Shown in pieces: positions 8,641 to 18,312 of a stretch of DNA of 64,000 bases. The notes below the pieces were generated by a model, which saw only the letters and a list, made by a program, of their open reading frames with translations, searched no databases and was not told the origin of the DNA. The position numbers were made by a program, and so were the translations under genes. Position 1 is the first letter of the stretch, and every line of letters begins with the position of its first letter. The stretch spans positions 34,993 to 98,992 of the forward strand of contig JAIEMT010000003.1 of NCBI GenBank assembly GCA_019751945.1, given 5' to 3'. The DNA comes from a bacterium (GTDB lineage: Bacteria; Bdellovibrionota; UBA1018).

Positions 8641-10161
8641 ATGAACGTTTTCAAAATCGGTATGGTTCTGATGTTCTTGGCCGGTACCCCTGCTTTCGCG
8701 AGCGGCGGAGGAAAAACAGGGGGAGGCTTACCCAAACACCCCTCCAAATTCATAACCACCCACATTCTTCCGGATCAGACTCTGGTACAGACTCGAGAGC
8801 TCCTGGCAAAAATGTCAGCTAATTTCCCATCTCTGGCTGCGACTTTCAACCTCATGCTCGAAAGGTTCCTTGACGCGAATCAGGCCAAATATCTCATTCT
8901 CCGCTATGAAGGTGTGAACACCGAAGATTGGGCACACTACTACGCAAGTCCTGAGCTTGGGCCCAAGGGTCTCCCCCTCGAAGCACAACTCTGGTTCTGG
9001 GAAGACTTCGAAACGCTCCCAATAACCAACGACAGCCCCGATCAACCCAGCCAAGTGAAAGCGGTTTTACACGAACTGATTCATGTGGGCTTCACCGGTG
9101 AAAACGAACTGAAAACCGCAATGCTGGCTGAGAAGCTTTATCTCCTCTCAAGAGGGGTAGATGAAAGTCTTGAGACTCAGAAATTTATTCAAAGCCTGCT
9201 GTTTGAAAAAATCTCAGCTATTAACGACAGGAGCTACGGAGTCGGAAAATATGAAAAAGACTACAATCCCGACTGGTTTCCGATGATTCAGTCGTTCTAC
9301 TTTGCGAGCCAAGGCCTCAGGTGTGAGGACCTGATTCTCACTGATGAAATGGTCATTGCCGGGAGAACCTACCGCGCTCCGCTATTGTCGGACCTTCTCA
9401 AAGAAAAGGTCAGTATTATCAGGGACGACTTTTTCTCAAACCTTCGCAATCACTGTGTGAGACAGGTCGGTGACGGAATTTATTTTTCGAGGTTACAACT
9501 TCACACATCCTCTAAAGGCGGCACTGAGCTATGGCCTTCTATCGACCACCCTTTATTTTGGGACCCTGCAATTCAATACGCCTACCTCACCAATGGAGGT
9601 AGAAAGAGTATCCATATTTCTCTAGGGGGAGATAATAACGAACTCTATTTAGGAGTCGGCGGGAGCGGGAGCTCTGTAAGCGAACAGCCATTAAAAAGAA
9701 GAGAAAAACAACAGTCTTCTCGGCCTCTTTATGACCGAATTGAAGGCTACTCGAACTGGACAAACCGGATGAAGGAGCTTTACGGCCCGGGAGTACTGAA
9801 TAAACTTTCAATTCACCTTCTGCCATACAGCGCATTGCTGCGATATTGGGCCGATAAAAATCTAGAGGGCAAGGGCTCTGTTACAATTTCCTCAGGCTCC
9901 TCGTTTCCTGGGAACATCAGAGTCGAAACTACACATGGAGAATGGAGCCCTGCAGTCACCTGCTCTTACGAGTTTCGCATACTGACCTGTACTTTTCCTA
10001 AAGTAGGAAGGAAACTCTGGTTTCCCAAGGAAGCTAAAACAGCAACGGTACGTCTAGCCGATCTAGAAACCGATCCCGGTATCGACCCACCCTATTACGT
10101 AAACGTAGCCGATCTAGAAACCGATCCCGGTATCGACCCACCCTATTACGTAAACGAATGA
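8641..10161 (+). CDS. secreted protein with HExxH motif and C-terminal tandem 17-aa repeat
   Basis: Signal peptide MNVFKIGMVLMFLAGTPAFA; HELIH at about aa 140; C-terminus ADLETDPGIDPPYYVNV duplicated exactly. Confidence 0.5.
   Translation: MNVFKIGMVLMFLAGTPAFASGGGKTGGGLPKHPSKFITTHILPDQTLVQTRELLAKMSANFPSLAATFNLMLERFLDANQAKYLILRYEGVNTEDWAHYYASPELGPKGLPLEAQLWFWEDFETLPITNDSPDQPSQVKAVLHELIHVGFTGENELKTAMLAEKLYLLSRGVDESLETQKFIQSLLFEKISAINDRSYGVGKYEKDYNPDWFPMIQSFYFASQGLRCEDLILTDEMVIAGRTYRAPLLSDLLKEKVSIIRDDFFSNLRNHCVRQVGDGIYFSRLQLHTSSKGGTELWPSIDHPLFWDPAIQYAYLTNGGRKSIHISLGGDNNELYLGVGGSGSSVSEQPLKRREKQQSSRPLYDRIEGYSNWTNRMKELYGPGVLNKLSIHLLPYSALLRYWADKNLEGKGSVTISSGSSFPGNIRVETTHGEWSPAVTCSYEFRILTCTFPKVGRKLWFPKEAKTATVRLADLETDPGIDPPYYVNVADLETDPGIDPPYYVNE
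10056..10157 (+). repeat. perfect 51-bp tandem duplication (2 units) at the 3' end of the 8641-10161 CDS
   Basis: Units 10056-10106 and 10107-10157 identical except the last base. Confidence 0.9.
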
Positions 10162-11000
10162 TACCCAACACTCCCTCCCTCAAGTGCGACATCTTCCGAT
10201 ACTCGGATTACCGGTCGTACTTGAGGGACTTCATCAGTTTGAAGAAGGCTTCCGGAAAAGGCTTCAGCGTTCGACAATTCTGTCTGAAGGCAGGGATTAC
10301 CACCGAAAACTATCTCAATCGAATCCTCCGCAAACAAAGAAACATCGGCCCTAGAACTGCGGAGCGGCTGATCGATGTGATGAAGTTGAACCGCGAGGAA
10401 AAGAATTTCTTTATCACCTTGGTGCTCAAAGAAAGCGCAAAGACGGTGGAGTCCAAGAGTTTTTACCTGGAAAAAATTAGCGCCGTACAACGGCGCAAAA
10501 AAATCCCGGATCGAATCACTGACAACTCAATGATGCGGAACTGGTACACGGTCGTGATCTGGGAATTAGCGACGTGCAAGGACTTCGATCTCACCATCGA
10601 GAATATTATTCGCTCTCTCAGGAAACCGATCTCCCCCGCGCAGGCCAGAGAGGCGCTAAAATACCTCGTGGAAAAAGGGTTTTTGAAACAGGTCGACGGT
10701 AGGTGGCGGCAAAGCGAGAAGGCCTACACGACTACGAATGAAATCGAAGACCCCCTAGTTCAGATGAATCACAAAATGGCTTTCGAATCCGCAATCGAAT
10801 CGATCAACGGCCCCTTGGCTGAAAGGGGAATGTATGGCCTCACCATCGCCATCAATCGCAATCGGATTCCGACCCTCAAGAAACACCTAGACCGCTTCAT
10901 CGACGAACTCAATGCCGAGTTTGCCTACGACAAAAGTTCGGATGTCGTACTGAGGGCTGGCGCCTTTTGTTTCATTCAAGCAGAAACACCAAAATGCTGA
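10158..11000 (+). CDS. TIGR02147-family protein (HTH-containing paralogous family of Bdellovibrio/Fibrobacter)
   Basis: N-terminal YSDYRSYLRDF...GFSVRQFCLKAGI...NYLNRILRKQRN pattern; ATG overlaps upstream stop (ATGA). Confidence 0.5.
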   Translation: MIPNTPSLKCDIFRYSDYRSYLRDFISLKKASGKGFSVRQFCLKAGITTENYLNRILRKQRNIGPRTAERLIDVMKLNREEKNFFITLVLKESAKTVESKSFYLEKISAVQRRKKIPDRITDNSMMRNWYTVVIWELATCKDFDLTIENIIRSLRKPISPAQAREALKYLVEKGFLKQVDGRWRQSEKAYTTTNEIEDPLVQMNHKMAFESAIESINGPLAERGMYGLTIAINRNRIPTLKKHLDRFIDELNAEFAYDKSSDVVLRAGAFCFIQAETPKC

Positions 11001-11001
11001 A

Positions 11002-12024
11002 CTAACCGTGACCGCCCATTAAGAAGGGCTCAGCCATAAATTTATAGTCGCGAAGAGATGCAGTGGCTCCGAAGAACTTGCGGGCTTCCGTCCAGAGTTC
11101 TTCGGGTTGAATTTCACTGAAAACTTTTTTGCGAAACTCTGCCGATCCTGGAAAACCGGCTGAGTACCAAGCCAGAAACTTTCGGACGTGAATGACGGCG
11201 GAGCGCTCATTATAGTCTTCGCTCAGGAACGCGCGCTGACGGTCCATTAAATCGACGTAGCGCTGGGGCTCGGGCTTCGTAAAGCTGCGACCCTCCCAGA
11301 GAGCGTATGCTTGTTCAAAGATAAAGGGATTTCGAAGCGCGCCTCGGCCGATCATCACCGCATCGACGCCGTAGGTTTTCATTTTCTGAACGGCGACTTC
11401 GGGAGTGGTGATATCGCCGTTTCCAATAATCGGGAGCGGACTTTTCGCCTTCACGTCCCCGATGAAATCCCAGTCCGCCAAACCGCTGTAACCTTGTGCG
11501 CGCGTGCGGCCATGAATGGCTACCCAGCGAACACCGGCATCGGCTGCGGCTTCCACCACAGCGAGGGCATTCTTGGTCGACTCATCCCAGCCCGTTCGAA
11601 TTTTAATGGTCACCGGAATTTTTACGGACTCGACCATCATTTTTAACGTCTTGCCAAGTTCAGAGGGATTACGACACATCGCTGAGCCGGCGCCCTTCTT
11701 CACTACTTTTGGAACAGGACAGCCCAAATTCAAATCGACAAAGTCGGCACCCAAACGCTCCACATGCTGGCAGGCTTTGACTAAGAATTCAGGAACCTCG
11801 CCAAAAATCTGGAGGCCCACGGTGCGTTCGTCATCTTTGAAGCGGAGGAGCTCGAGAGTTTTCGGACCACCGTATTCAATGCCATTGGCAGAAACGAGTT
11901 CCGATACGACCATCGAGCTATTCAATCCCCGCATGAGTCGACGAAACGGGGAATTGGTAATTCCCGCCATCGGCGCCAGAATGAAAGGATGATCGAGTTT
12001 GAAAGGGCCTAGTACTACAGCCAT
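11002..12024 (-). CDS. dusB: tRNA-dihydrouridine synthase
   Basis: FILAPMAGITNSPFRRL and GADFVDLNLGCP DUS motifs; 340 aa with C-terminal helical extension. Confidence 0.8.
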   Translation of the reverse strand: MAVVLGPFKLDHPFILAPMAGITNSPFRRLMRGLNSSMVVSELVSANGIEYGGPKTLELLRFKDDERTVGLQIFGEVPEFLVKACQHVERLGADFVDLNLGCPVPKVVKKGAGSAMCRNPSELGKTLKMMVESVKIPVTIKIRTGWDESTKNALAVVEAAADAGVRWVAIHGRTRAQGYSGLADWDFIGDVKAKSPLPIIGNGDITTPEVAVQKMKTYGVDAVMIGRGALRNPFIFEQAYALWEGRSFTKPEPQRYVDLMDRQRAFLSEDYNERSAVIHVRKFLAWYSAGFPGSAEFRKKVFSEIQPEELWTEARKFFGATASLRDYKFMAEPFLMGGHG

Positions 12025-12030
12025 GTCACA

Positions 12031-13350
12031 TTACTTCTTGAGCGCTTCGATTTCCTCACGCAGCTTGGGAACATCCTTGGTCAGGACTTCGCAGCCGGTG
12101 TCGGTGACGAGCACGTCATCTTCAATTCGAATGCCGATGTTGCGGTACTCTTCGGGGACTTCCTTGTCATACGACTGGAAGTAGAGTCCCGGCTCCACAG
12201 TGAAAATCATTCCGGCTTGAAGCGGACGCGATTCCCCAGCTGGATTTCGATACAAGCCGACATCATGAACGTCCATCCCCAACCAATGGCCAGTGCCATG
12301 AGGATAGAAACGCTTGAAGGCATCGGTCTTGAGTAAATCCGGAACCTTGCCCTTGAGAAGCCCGAGACCCACCAAGCCTTCCGTGAGTATTTCACAAGCC
12401 TTCATGTGCAGGTCGCCTAAGCGCGCTCCTGGACGAACCGACTTGATCACTTCCATTTGAGCTTTCAAAACTAAGTCATAGATAGTGGCTTGAGGTTTGG
12501 TAAAAGTTTTTCCGATTGGGAAAGTGCGGGTGATGTCTGCCGTATAGTAATTGTATTCGCCGCCCGCATCGATCAGAAGAAGTTCACCGTCACGAAGTTC
12601 GTCGTTGTTGGAACGATAGTGCAAGCAGCAAGCATTTTTTCCACCGGCCACGATGCTGTCGTAACCCAGACGCTTACAACCGTTTTTGCGGAAGTAGTAG
12701 TCGATCATGGCTTCGACTTCGCTCTCATTCATTCCGGGCTTCACTTCTCGAATGATTTGCTTGTGAGCCAATGCGGTGATCTGGCAAGCCTTGCGCTGAA
12801 ACTCGACTTCTTCAGCTGATTTGAACAAGCGCAACTCACCTAAAACTTCGTTGGGATCGAGGATGGGAAGAAGTCCGCGACCGCTACGACCCATGCTCTT
12901 TCTAGCCGTGTCGAGTCCCTTAAGAATGGTGCGGTCCATGTCTTCATTCATGCCGACGCGGTAGAAAACTTTCTGCGCGCTCATTAGAAAATCGGGCATG
13001 CGCTTTTCGAAGTCTTCGATTGGAAAAACTTCGTCGAATCCAAAAATCTTTTTTGCACCTTCAACGCCGTATCGTTCGCCATCCCAAAGTTCCCGATCCG
13101 GATCACGCTGACGAACAAACATCACGGATTTATAGGAACCACCCTTCATGGGACAGAGCATCAACACGGACTCGGGCTCTTCGAATCCCGTGAGGTAGAA
13201 AAGGTTGCTCTCCTGGCGGAAGGGGTAAGTCACATCCGGATTGCGCAAAGTCTCCGGATTGGCAGGGAATATGAACGCCGCCTCCGGATTGGACTTCATA
13301 GCTTTATTTCTTCTATCCTTAAAAAACTTTGGCACGCTGGTCAGCAACAT
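12031..13350 (-). CDS. pepP: Xaa-Pro aminopeptidase (M24B)
   Basis: YPFRQESNLFYLTGFEEPESVLML N-terminal domain and C-terminal HGTGHWLGMDVHD pita-bread motifs; AGGTGG RBS before ATG at 13350. Confidence 0.8.
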   Translation of the reverse strand: MLLTSVPKFFKDRRNKAMKSNPEAAFIFPANPETLRNPDVTYPFRQESNLFYLTGFEEPESVLMLCPMKGGSYKSVMFVRQRDPDRELWDGERYGVEGAKKIFGFDEVFPIEDFEKRMPDFLMSAQKVFYRVGMNEDMDRTILKGLDTARKSMGRSGRGLLPILDPNEVLGELRLFKSAEEVEFQRKACQITALAHKQIIREVKPGMNESEVEAMIDYYFRKNGCKRLGYDSIVAGGKNACCLHYRSNNDELRDGELLLIDAGGEYNYYTADITRTFPIGKTFTKPQATIYDLVLKAQMEVIKSVRPGARLGDLHMKACEILTEGLVGLGLLKGKVPDLLKTDAFKRFYPHGTGHWLGMDVHDVGLYRNPAGESRPLQAGMIFTVEPGLYFQSYDKEVPEEYRNIGIRIEDDVLVTDTGCEVLTKDVPKLREEIEALKK

Positions 13351-13432
13351 AGGAAACCCACCTTATATGAGTTTACCACCATTCCTCAAGCCCCTGATTT
13401 CATGTTATAGAAGTTGGAAAAGGGGATCCTCA

Positions 13433-14125
13433 ATGAACCCAGTCGAAACCACCAGCACTCCAGATACCCAAAACACCAACGAAACCGAATCTGTAAAACT
13501 GATCGGACTGACACCCAAGGCGGAAGAAATCATCGCCTACTGCGCTCGAGTCAGTAACCCTCAGAACCAAGACAACCCTAAGATTTCCAACTTATTGACC
13601 TATTGTGTAAAAAACGGCCACTGGTCGATCTTCGAGCAAGCCAGCATGGTGCTTGAAATCGTCACCTCCAGAGGGATTGCACCTCAGATTTTGAGACATC
13701 GATCCTTCTCGTTCCAAGAATTCTCACAACGCTACGCTGCCGCGAACTCCTACGTGGGCTACCAGCCTCGCCGACAGGACTTAAAGAACCGACAAAACTC
13801 GGTGGATGACCTGGACACTCAGACTAAGGATTGGTTTCAACAGGCTCAGTCCGAAGTTTGGGAGCTGGCTTACACCAAGTATCAACAGGCACTTGAGAAG
13901 GGCATCGCCAAAGAATGTGCGCGCTTCTTACTGCCGCTCAACACCCAGACCCGTCTTTATATGAACGGGACAGTCCGCAGCTGGATTCATTATATTGAAC
14001 TCCGCACCGGGCACGGCACTCAGCTCGAACACATGCAGATCGCCAATAAGTGTAAGCAGATTTTCTGCGAACAGCTGCCGACAGTTGCGCAATCGCTGGG
14101 TTGGTTGCCTCCTCCGGCAAGCTAG
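13433..14125 (+). CDS. thyX: flavin-dependent thymidylate synthase ThyX
   Basis: ThyX signature RHRSFSFQEFSQRY; ATG at 13433 preceded by GGAAAAGGGGA RBS; the longer ORF-track start would overlap pepP. Confidence 0.8.
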   Translation: MNPVETTSTPDTQNTNETESVKLIGLTPKAEEIIAYCARVSNPQNQDNPKISNLLTYCVKNGHWSIFEQASMVLEIVTSRGIAPQILRHRSFSFQEFSQRYAAANSYVGYQPRRQDLKNRQNSVDDLDTQTKDWFQQAQSEVWELAYTKYQQALEKGIAKECARFLLPLNTQTRLYMNGTVRSWIHYIELRTGHGTQLEHMQIANKCKQIFCEQLPTVAQSLGWLPPPAS

Positions 14126-14550
14126 CGGCAGCGAACCGTAGAGTCATCAATTTGCCCGATGATATTCGTGGTGTTTTTTTCAAAAATCAGGCCCACCGGA
14201 TTCCCACCGGGATAGAAAATTGCTGTGTCAACTTCAGTCGGATTTGGCTTTGTTTGAGCAATCTCGACATTCAAATACAAATCTTCGCCCTCACTGCCTT
14301 CCATCAAATATCTAACAGCTTCGCTGAGGGCATGGATCTCTTGGTCTTCAGGAATAGCCTTATTCACGTGACGAGCCAGTATGATGATCTGTCCGGCCTG
14401 AACTGAATCCAGGTCGGTAGAGCCCGTGACATGCAAGCTCTCTTTTTGCGAGTAGGAATCTTCATCATAGCCGTCGGGCAAATTGCACGTCCCCGCAGCG
14501 CTTGCTTGAATAGAAAAACCCAGACCTAAAATCATAATAAATTTTCTCAT
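14122..14550 (-). CDS. small secreted hypothetical protein
   Basis: Internal start MRKFIMILGLGFSIQASAAG gives a signal peptide; the upstream part of the ORF is unlikely to be coding. Confidence 0.4.
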   Translation of the reverse strand: MRKFIMILGLGFSIQASAAGTCNLPDGYDEDSYSQKESLHVTGSTDLDSVQAGQIIILARHVNKAIPEDQEIHALSEAVRYLMEGSEGEDLYLNVEIAQTKPNPTEVDTAIFYPGGNPVGLIFEKNTTNIIGQIDDSTVRCR

Positions 14551-14606
14551 CACAAACCCCTTATACAAGAAGCAACTAAAACAAAATGGCAAAGATTGTC
14601 TAGAAC

Positions 14607-14740
14607 GAAGCCCCTGGGCAATTTTCGGGGTTCTTCTGGTTTCCGGACAAATCGAAGCAAAGCGCCATGATTTCATAGGGTGCTGTATCAAAATTTATGT
14701 ACGAAAAGGCGAAGAAACCCGAAAATTGCCCAGGGGAGAG
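14607..14740. repeat. about 26-bp inverted repeat (GAAGCCCCTGGGCAATTTTCGGGG... / ...CCCGAAAATTGCCCAGGGGAGAG) flanking a 74-nt spacer
   Basis: 14607-14636 is the reverse complement of 14711-14740 with one indel; intergenic between two minus-strand secreted-protein genes. Confidence 0.6.
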
Positions 14741-14745
14741 AATGA

Positions 14746-15435
14746 CTAGGGGGTGGCGGGCGGTGGGGTCTGAGGATCCCACTTCAGCTCCGCCTTTGGG
14801 GCCTCGTGATCGAAGAGAGTTTGAACTCGGAGTTTGATTAGCGCACCGAGGTCCACGGCCTTCGCAGTACAAGCACGACCCGATTTCACAAAGTTGTAAC
14901 CATGCAGGTTTTCTAAATCTGGAACCTTCTCACCTTCTCCAACTCCATCGAAGGACAGGAGATGCTCCTTTCCTCGAGAAATCACCGCAAGCTTCCATTT
15001 TTTAAAGTAAGCGCCGTTCACGCTAAGACTAGCCAGCTTGATATTAAAACAGGTCCGACGCAGAAAACTTTCCCGAAGTGCGCGGTCGACACTGGTTCGA
15101 GCCAATGCTTCGTCGAGCCCCTTTTTCTTAGCAGCCGTGAATGCCACCGCCTCCACATAAGACCGAGTCAGTAGTGCCGCCTCCACATAATAAAACGAGT
15201 AAGCGTTGTGAGAACGAGTCGCTGTTTCCAAAATCTTTGGAGCCGGGGTTTTACCATCCCATCCCATGGAGAAGGGCTTCGGCACTACGGGCTTATGCGA
15301 CGCCGCTGCTGTTGCAGCCGCTGTAGTTTCAGTAGGAGCAGTTTCAGGCTTTGTAGCCTTTGAAGTCGCACAAGATTGAAAAACTAAAATTAGCGGAATC
15401 CAGAGGAGTGCGTGCTTAATCTTCAGATACCTCAT
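14746..15435 (-). CDS. lipoprotein, Ala/Thr/Pro-rich linker then globular domain
   Basis: Signal plus lipobox LILVFQSC; low-complexity TAPTETTAAATAAAS linker; no known domain. Confidence 0.5.
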   Translation of the reverse strand: MRYLKIKHALLWIPLILVFQSCATSKATKPETAPTETTAAATAAASHKPVVPKPFSMGWDGKTPAPKILETATRSHNAYSFYYVEAALLTRSYVEAVAFTAAKKKGLDEALARTSVDRALRESFLRRTCFNIKLASLSVNGAYFKKWKLAVISRGKEHLLSFDGVGEGEKVPDLENLHGYNFVKSGRACTAKAVDLGALIKLRVQTLFDHEAPKAELKWDPQTPPPATP

Positions 15436-15829
15436 CAGTCAGTTCGTTGGGATTAACCTGCCCGTCAGCAGGAAAATATTTGCGAAGCGGTTTTCCCATT
15501 TTGTTCACTGCCCAGGCGATGGCGTTCTCGTAATGAGTGGATTTCAATGCCTCACCCAGTTCTTTTGCAATCTGATCCCAATACCTCTGAGAAACCTTTT
15601 CATGAATTCCGGTATCGCCCACGATTGCGAACTTCTTTCGGGTCACATTCACGTAAAGCAAAATTCCATTTCGAGCCTGAGTCTTCTGCATGCCGAGCTG
15701 GTAAAAAATTTTCTTGGCCCGCAAAAGAGGATCGGGTTCAAAAAACCTTCGAGCGATGTGCACTCGAATTTCTCCGGTGGTGCCCTTCTCGGCGATTTGA
15801 ATGGCTTCAATAATTTTACCAACTGCCAC
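15416..15829 (-). CDS. TPM-domain protein (small, YgcG-partner type)
   Basis: GEIRVHI...GILLYVNVTRKKFAIVGDTGI TPM/DUF477 pattern; probable GTG start after GGAGGAGG RBS inside the 3' end of the upstream gene. Confidence 0.6.
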   Translation of the reverse strand: MAVGKIIEAIQIAEKGTTGEIRVHIARRFFEPDPLLRAKKIFYQLGMQKTQARNGILLYVNVTRKKFAIVGDTGIHEKVSQRYWDQIAKELGEALKSTHYENAIAWAVNKMGKPLRKYFPADGQVNPNELTDEVSED

Positions 15830-16595
15830 TCGCACCTCCTCCGCCGGACCGGCCCCCACCGCCGCTGAATCCTCCACCGCCAAAACCGCCTCCACCCCAC
15901 CCACCGGTGTTGCGAGGAAAGTTAAAACCACCCCACCCCGTACGTATTCTACCGCGAGAAGTAAGGTGCCTCTCGGACAAACGTTGAATCACCGAGATAA
16001 AAACAATGATCCCAAAAAGAATTAGGAAAGCGGCGGGAGAACTTTTTCTCCGTTTCGTTTTTTTAGGAACTTGGTTGGCAAGCTCATCTGCCTGTCCCGA
16101 CAGAACCAACGGAGAATCTAAAACCTGAAGGATGGAATAAGCGCCCATGGAAACAGCGCGCGGAACATTTCCATCTTTCAAATTGGGAATAAGAATGGTT
16201 TCAATGACCCGCTTGGATTTCGCATCCGTCAGCGTGGCTTCAAGCCCATAGCCCACTTCGATTCGAATTTTTCTATCTTTGAGATAGATCGCTAAGAGCG
16301 CTCCCTTATTAGAACCCTTCTGACCAATACCCCAGATGGTGAAAACTCGATTGGTGAAATCCACCAACTCTTCTGAGTCGAGGGAATTAAAAACAGCGAC
16401 AACGACCTGTTCGCCTGTGGCCTGACTGTGCTGATAAAGAGTGGAGTTCAGCGACTGAATCACTTTTTCAGGGACAACTCCAGCTTCGTCGTAGATGTAA
16501 TACTTGGGCGGAGGTGGAACGGACCGCGACGCCTCTACAAAAGGCGCGGCAAGAAGAGCCAACGCGAGGATCGGGAAAAACCTGCGTGCAATCAT
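15816..16595 (-). CDS. TPM-domain protein (YgcG-like) with TM segment and Gly-rich C-terminal tail
   Basis: Signal peptide, TPM domain, a TM helix, then a GGWGGGGFGGGGFSGGGG tail. Confidence 0.7.
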   Translation of the reverse strand: MIARRFFPILALALLAAPFVEASRSVPPPPKYYIYDEAGVVPEKVIQSLNSTLYQHSQATGEQVVVAVFNSLDSEELVDFTNRVFTIWGIGQKGSNKGALLAIYLKDRKIRIEVGYGLEATLTDAKSKRVIETILIPNLKDGNVPRAVSMGAYSILQVLDSPLVLSGQADELANQVPKKTKRRKSSPAAFLILFGIIVFISVIQRLSERHLTSRGRIRTGWGGFNFPRNTGGWGGGGFGGGGFSGGGGRSGGGGASGSW

Positions 16596-16601
16596 TCTTC
16601 C

Positions 16602-17183
16602 TTAGAATTTCACTTCGGGAGCTGTAGCGGCACCAGCAGCTGCCGAGAAATACGGTCTCTCTTTAAAGCCACGAATCATGGCGATCAGCATTTGTGGAAA
16701 GGACCGAACGTATACATTGTAGGTTTGAGAAGCTTCATTGAAGCGTTGACGCTCGATGGTGATTCGATTCTCAGATCCTTCCAGCTGAGATTGCAGCTCT
16801 TGGAAGTTTCGGTCAGCTTTCAAATCCGGATATTTTTCAGCCACTACCAAAAGGCGCGAAAGCGCGTGGGAAAGCCCGACTTGAGCTTGATCGTACTTTG
16901 CAAAGTCCTCGGGCTTGGCGGTGATGTTCACCTGGCCTGCCTGGGAGCGAGCCTTAGCCACACCCTCCAGCACTTCCGCTTCATGCTTGGCATAGGCGCG
17001 GACCGTATTCACCAGATTGGGAATCAAATCCAACCGACGTTGATAGACGTTTTCGACCTGAGCTTTGGCTCCATTGACGCCCTCATCCAGCCTCACCATG
17101 GAATTGCTCACTGACACAGTCCATCCGATAAACAGAAGAACTGCCACACCGATACCCGGCAAAACCCATTTAGATTTGTTCAT
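16602..17183 (-). CDS. lemA: LemA family protein
   Basis: N-terminal TM helix and conserved LemA core (ENVYQRRLDLIPNLVNTV...); first gene of the lemA-TPM-TPM operon. Confidence 0.8.
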   Translation of the reverse strand: MNKSKWVLPGIGVAVLLFIGWTVSVSNSMVRLDEGVNGAKAQVENVYQRRLDLIPNLVNTVRAYAKHEAEVLEGVAKARSQAGQVNITAKPEDFAKYDQAQVGLSHALSRLLVVAEKYPDLKADRNFQELQSQLEGSENRITIERQRFNEASQTYNVYVRSFPQMLIAMIRGFKERPYFSAAAGAATAPEVKF

Positions 17184-17469
17184 ACCTCCCTAAAATTACC
17201 TGAGAATTTGAAAAAAGCTCGGATTTTCCGGTTGCGACGCACCGGATAACCGGGTAATACAGTCCCCATTACACACACCCCCGTCTTTACTATTTTATAG
17301 GCGTGGTGCTTAAGGGCTTAGGCTCTTGGGTTTAGGGGGTGGAGGGGAGTTCCTAAGTCAGGAGAATAGTTTCCTGGCTGTACTAGGTTCTCCATTAACC
17401 GCGGCTCACCTCGATCGCTTCGCCTCTCGCGTCGTCTCGAAGTCCCGCAGATTTAAAACGGAGTATTTA
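17184..17469 (+). promoter_or_regulatory. rpsB promoter and long 5' leader (candidate S2 autoregulatory element)
   Basis: About 285-nt non-coding region upstream of rpsB, longer than usual in a compact genome; S2 operons often have structured leaders. Confidence 0.3.
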
Positions 17470-18312
17470 ATGCCTGCAGTTACTATGAAAGAACTCTTGG
17501 AGGCCGGCGTTCATTTCGGTCACCAAACCCGTCGTTGGAATCCTAAGATGAAGCCCTATGTCTTTGGCGCCCGCAACGGTATCTACATCATCGACCTTCA
17601 AAAGACGGTCGAACAAACTCGTGCAGCTTGCACCTTCGCCTCCAAGATTACTTCGGAAGGGAAGAAGGTTCTCTTCGTCGGCACCAAGAAACAAGCGAAG
17701 GAAGTCATCGAAGAAGAAGCAAAGCGCTCTGGCATGTACTACGTCACCAACCGCTGGTTGGGCGGCATGCTCACCAATTATCAAACTGTAAAAGCTTCGA
17801 TCGACCGCTTAAAGAAGATTGAAGCTCTCAAAAACTCTCCTGAGTGGGATGAAACCCCGAAGAAGATGCAATCTCGCTACGATCGCGAACTTGAAAAACT
17901 CAAGAGATCGCTCGGCGGCATCGAAGACATGAAGAAACTCCCCGGAGCTCTCTTCGTCATCGACACGGAAAAAGAACACATCGCTATTAAGGAAGCCAAG
18001 AAGCTTGGCATTCCGACGATCGCCGTCGTGGACACCAACTGTGATCCAGGCAACGTTCAGCACGTTATTCCGGGCAACGACGATGCTATTCGCAGCGTTC
18101 GTCTCTTTGCTCGCTTGATCGCTGACAGCTGCTTGGAGGGCGCTAAGACGTTCCAGGAAAAACTGCGCGCTCAAGAGATCTCGGACAATAAGGAAGAAGT
18201 CACCGAGAAGAAGGTTTCTCGCTTTGAAGGCGACATCGACCTGCAGGGGATCGACGAAGCTGATATCGCAGCTGAAGAAACCACTGAGACCACTGAAGAG
18301 GCATCCGAATAA
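17470..18312 (+). CDS. rpsB: 30S ribosomal protein S2
   Basis: [27 protein letters not shown] canonical S2 N-terminus; ATG at 17470; acidic C-terminal tail. Confidence 0.92.
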   Translation: MPAVTMKELLEAGVHFGHQTRRWNPKMKPYVFGARNGIYIIDLQKTVEQTRAACTFASKITSEGKKVLFVGTKKQAKEVIEEEAKRSGMYYVTNRWLGGMLTNYQTVKASIDRLKKIEALKNSPEWDETPKKMQSRYDRELEKLKRSLGGIEDMKKLPGALFVIDTEKEHIAIKEAKKLGIPTIAVVDTNCDPGNVQHVIPGNDDAIRSVRLFARLIADSCLEGAKTFQEKLRAQEISDNKEEVTEKKVSRFEGDIDLQGIDEADIAAEETTETTEEASE

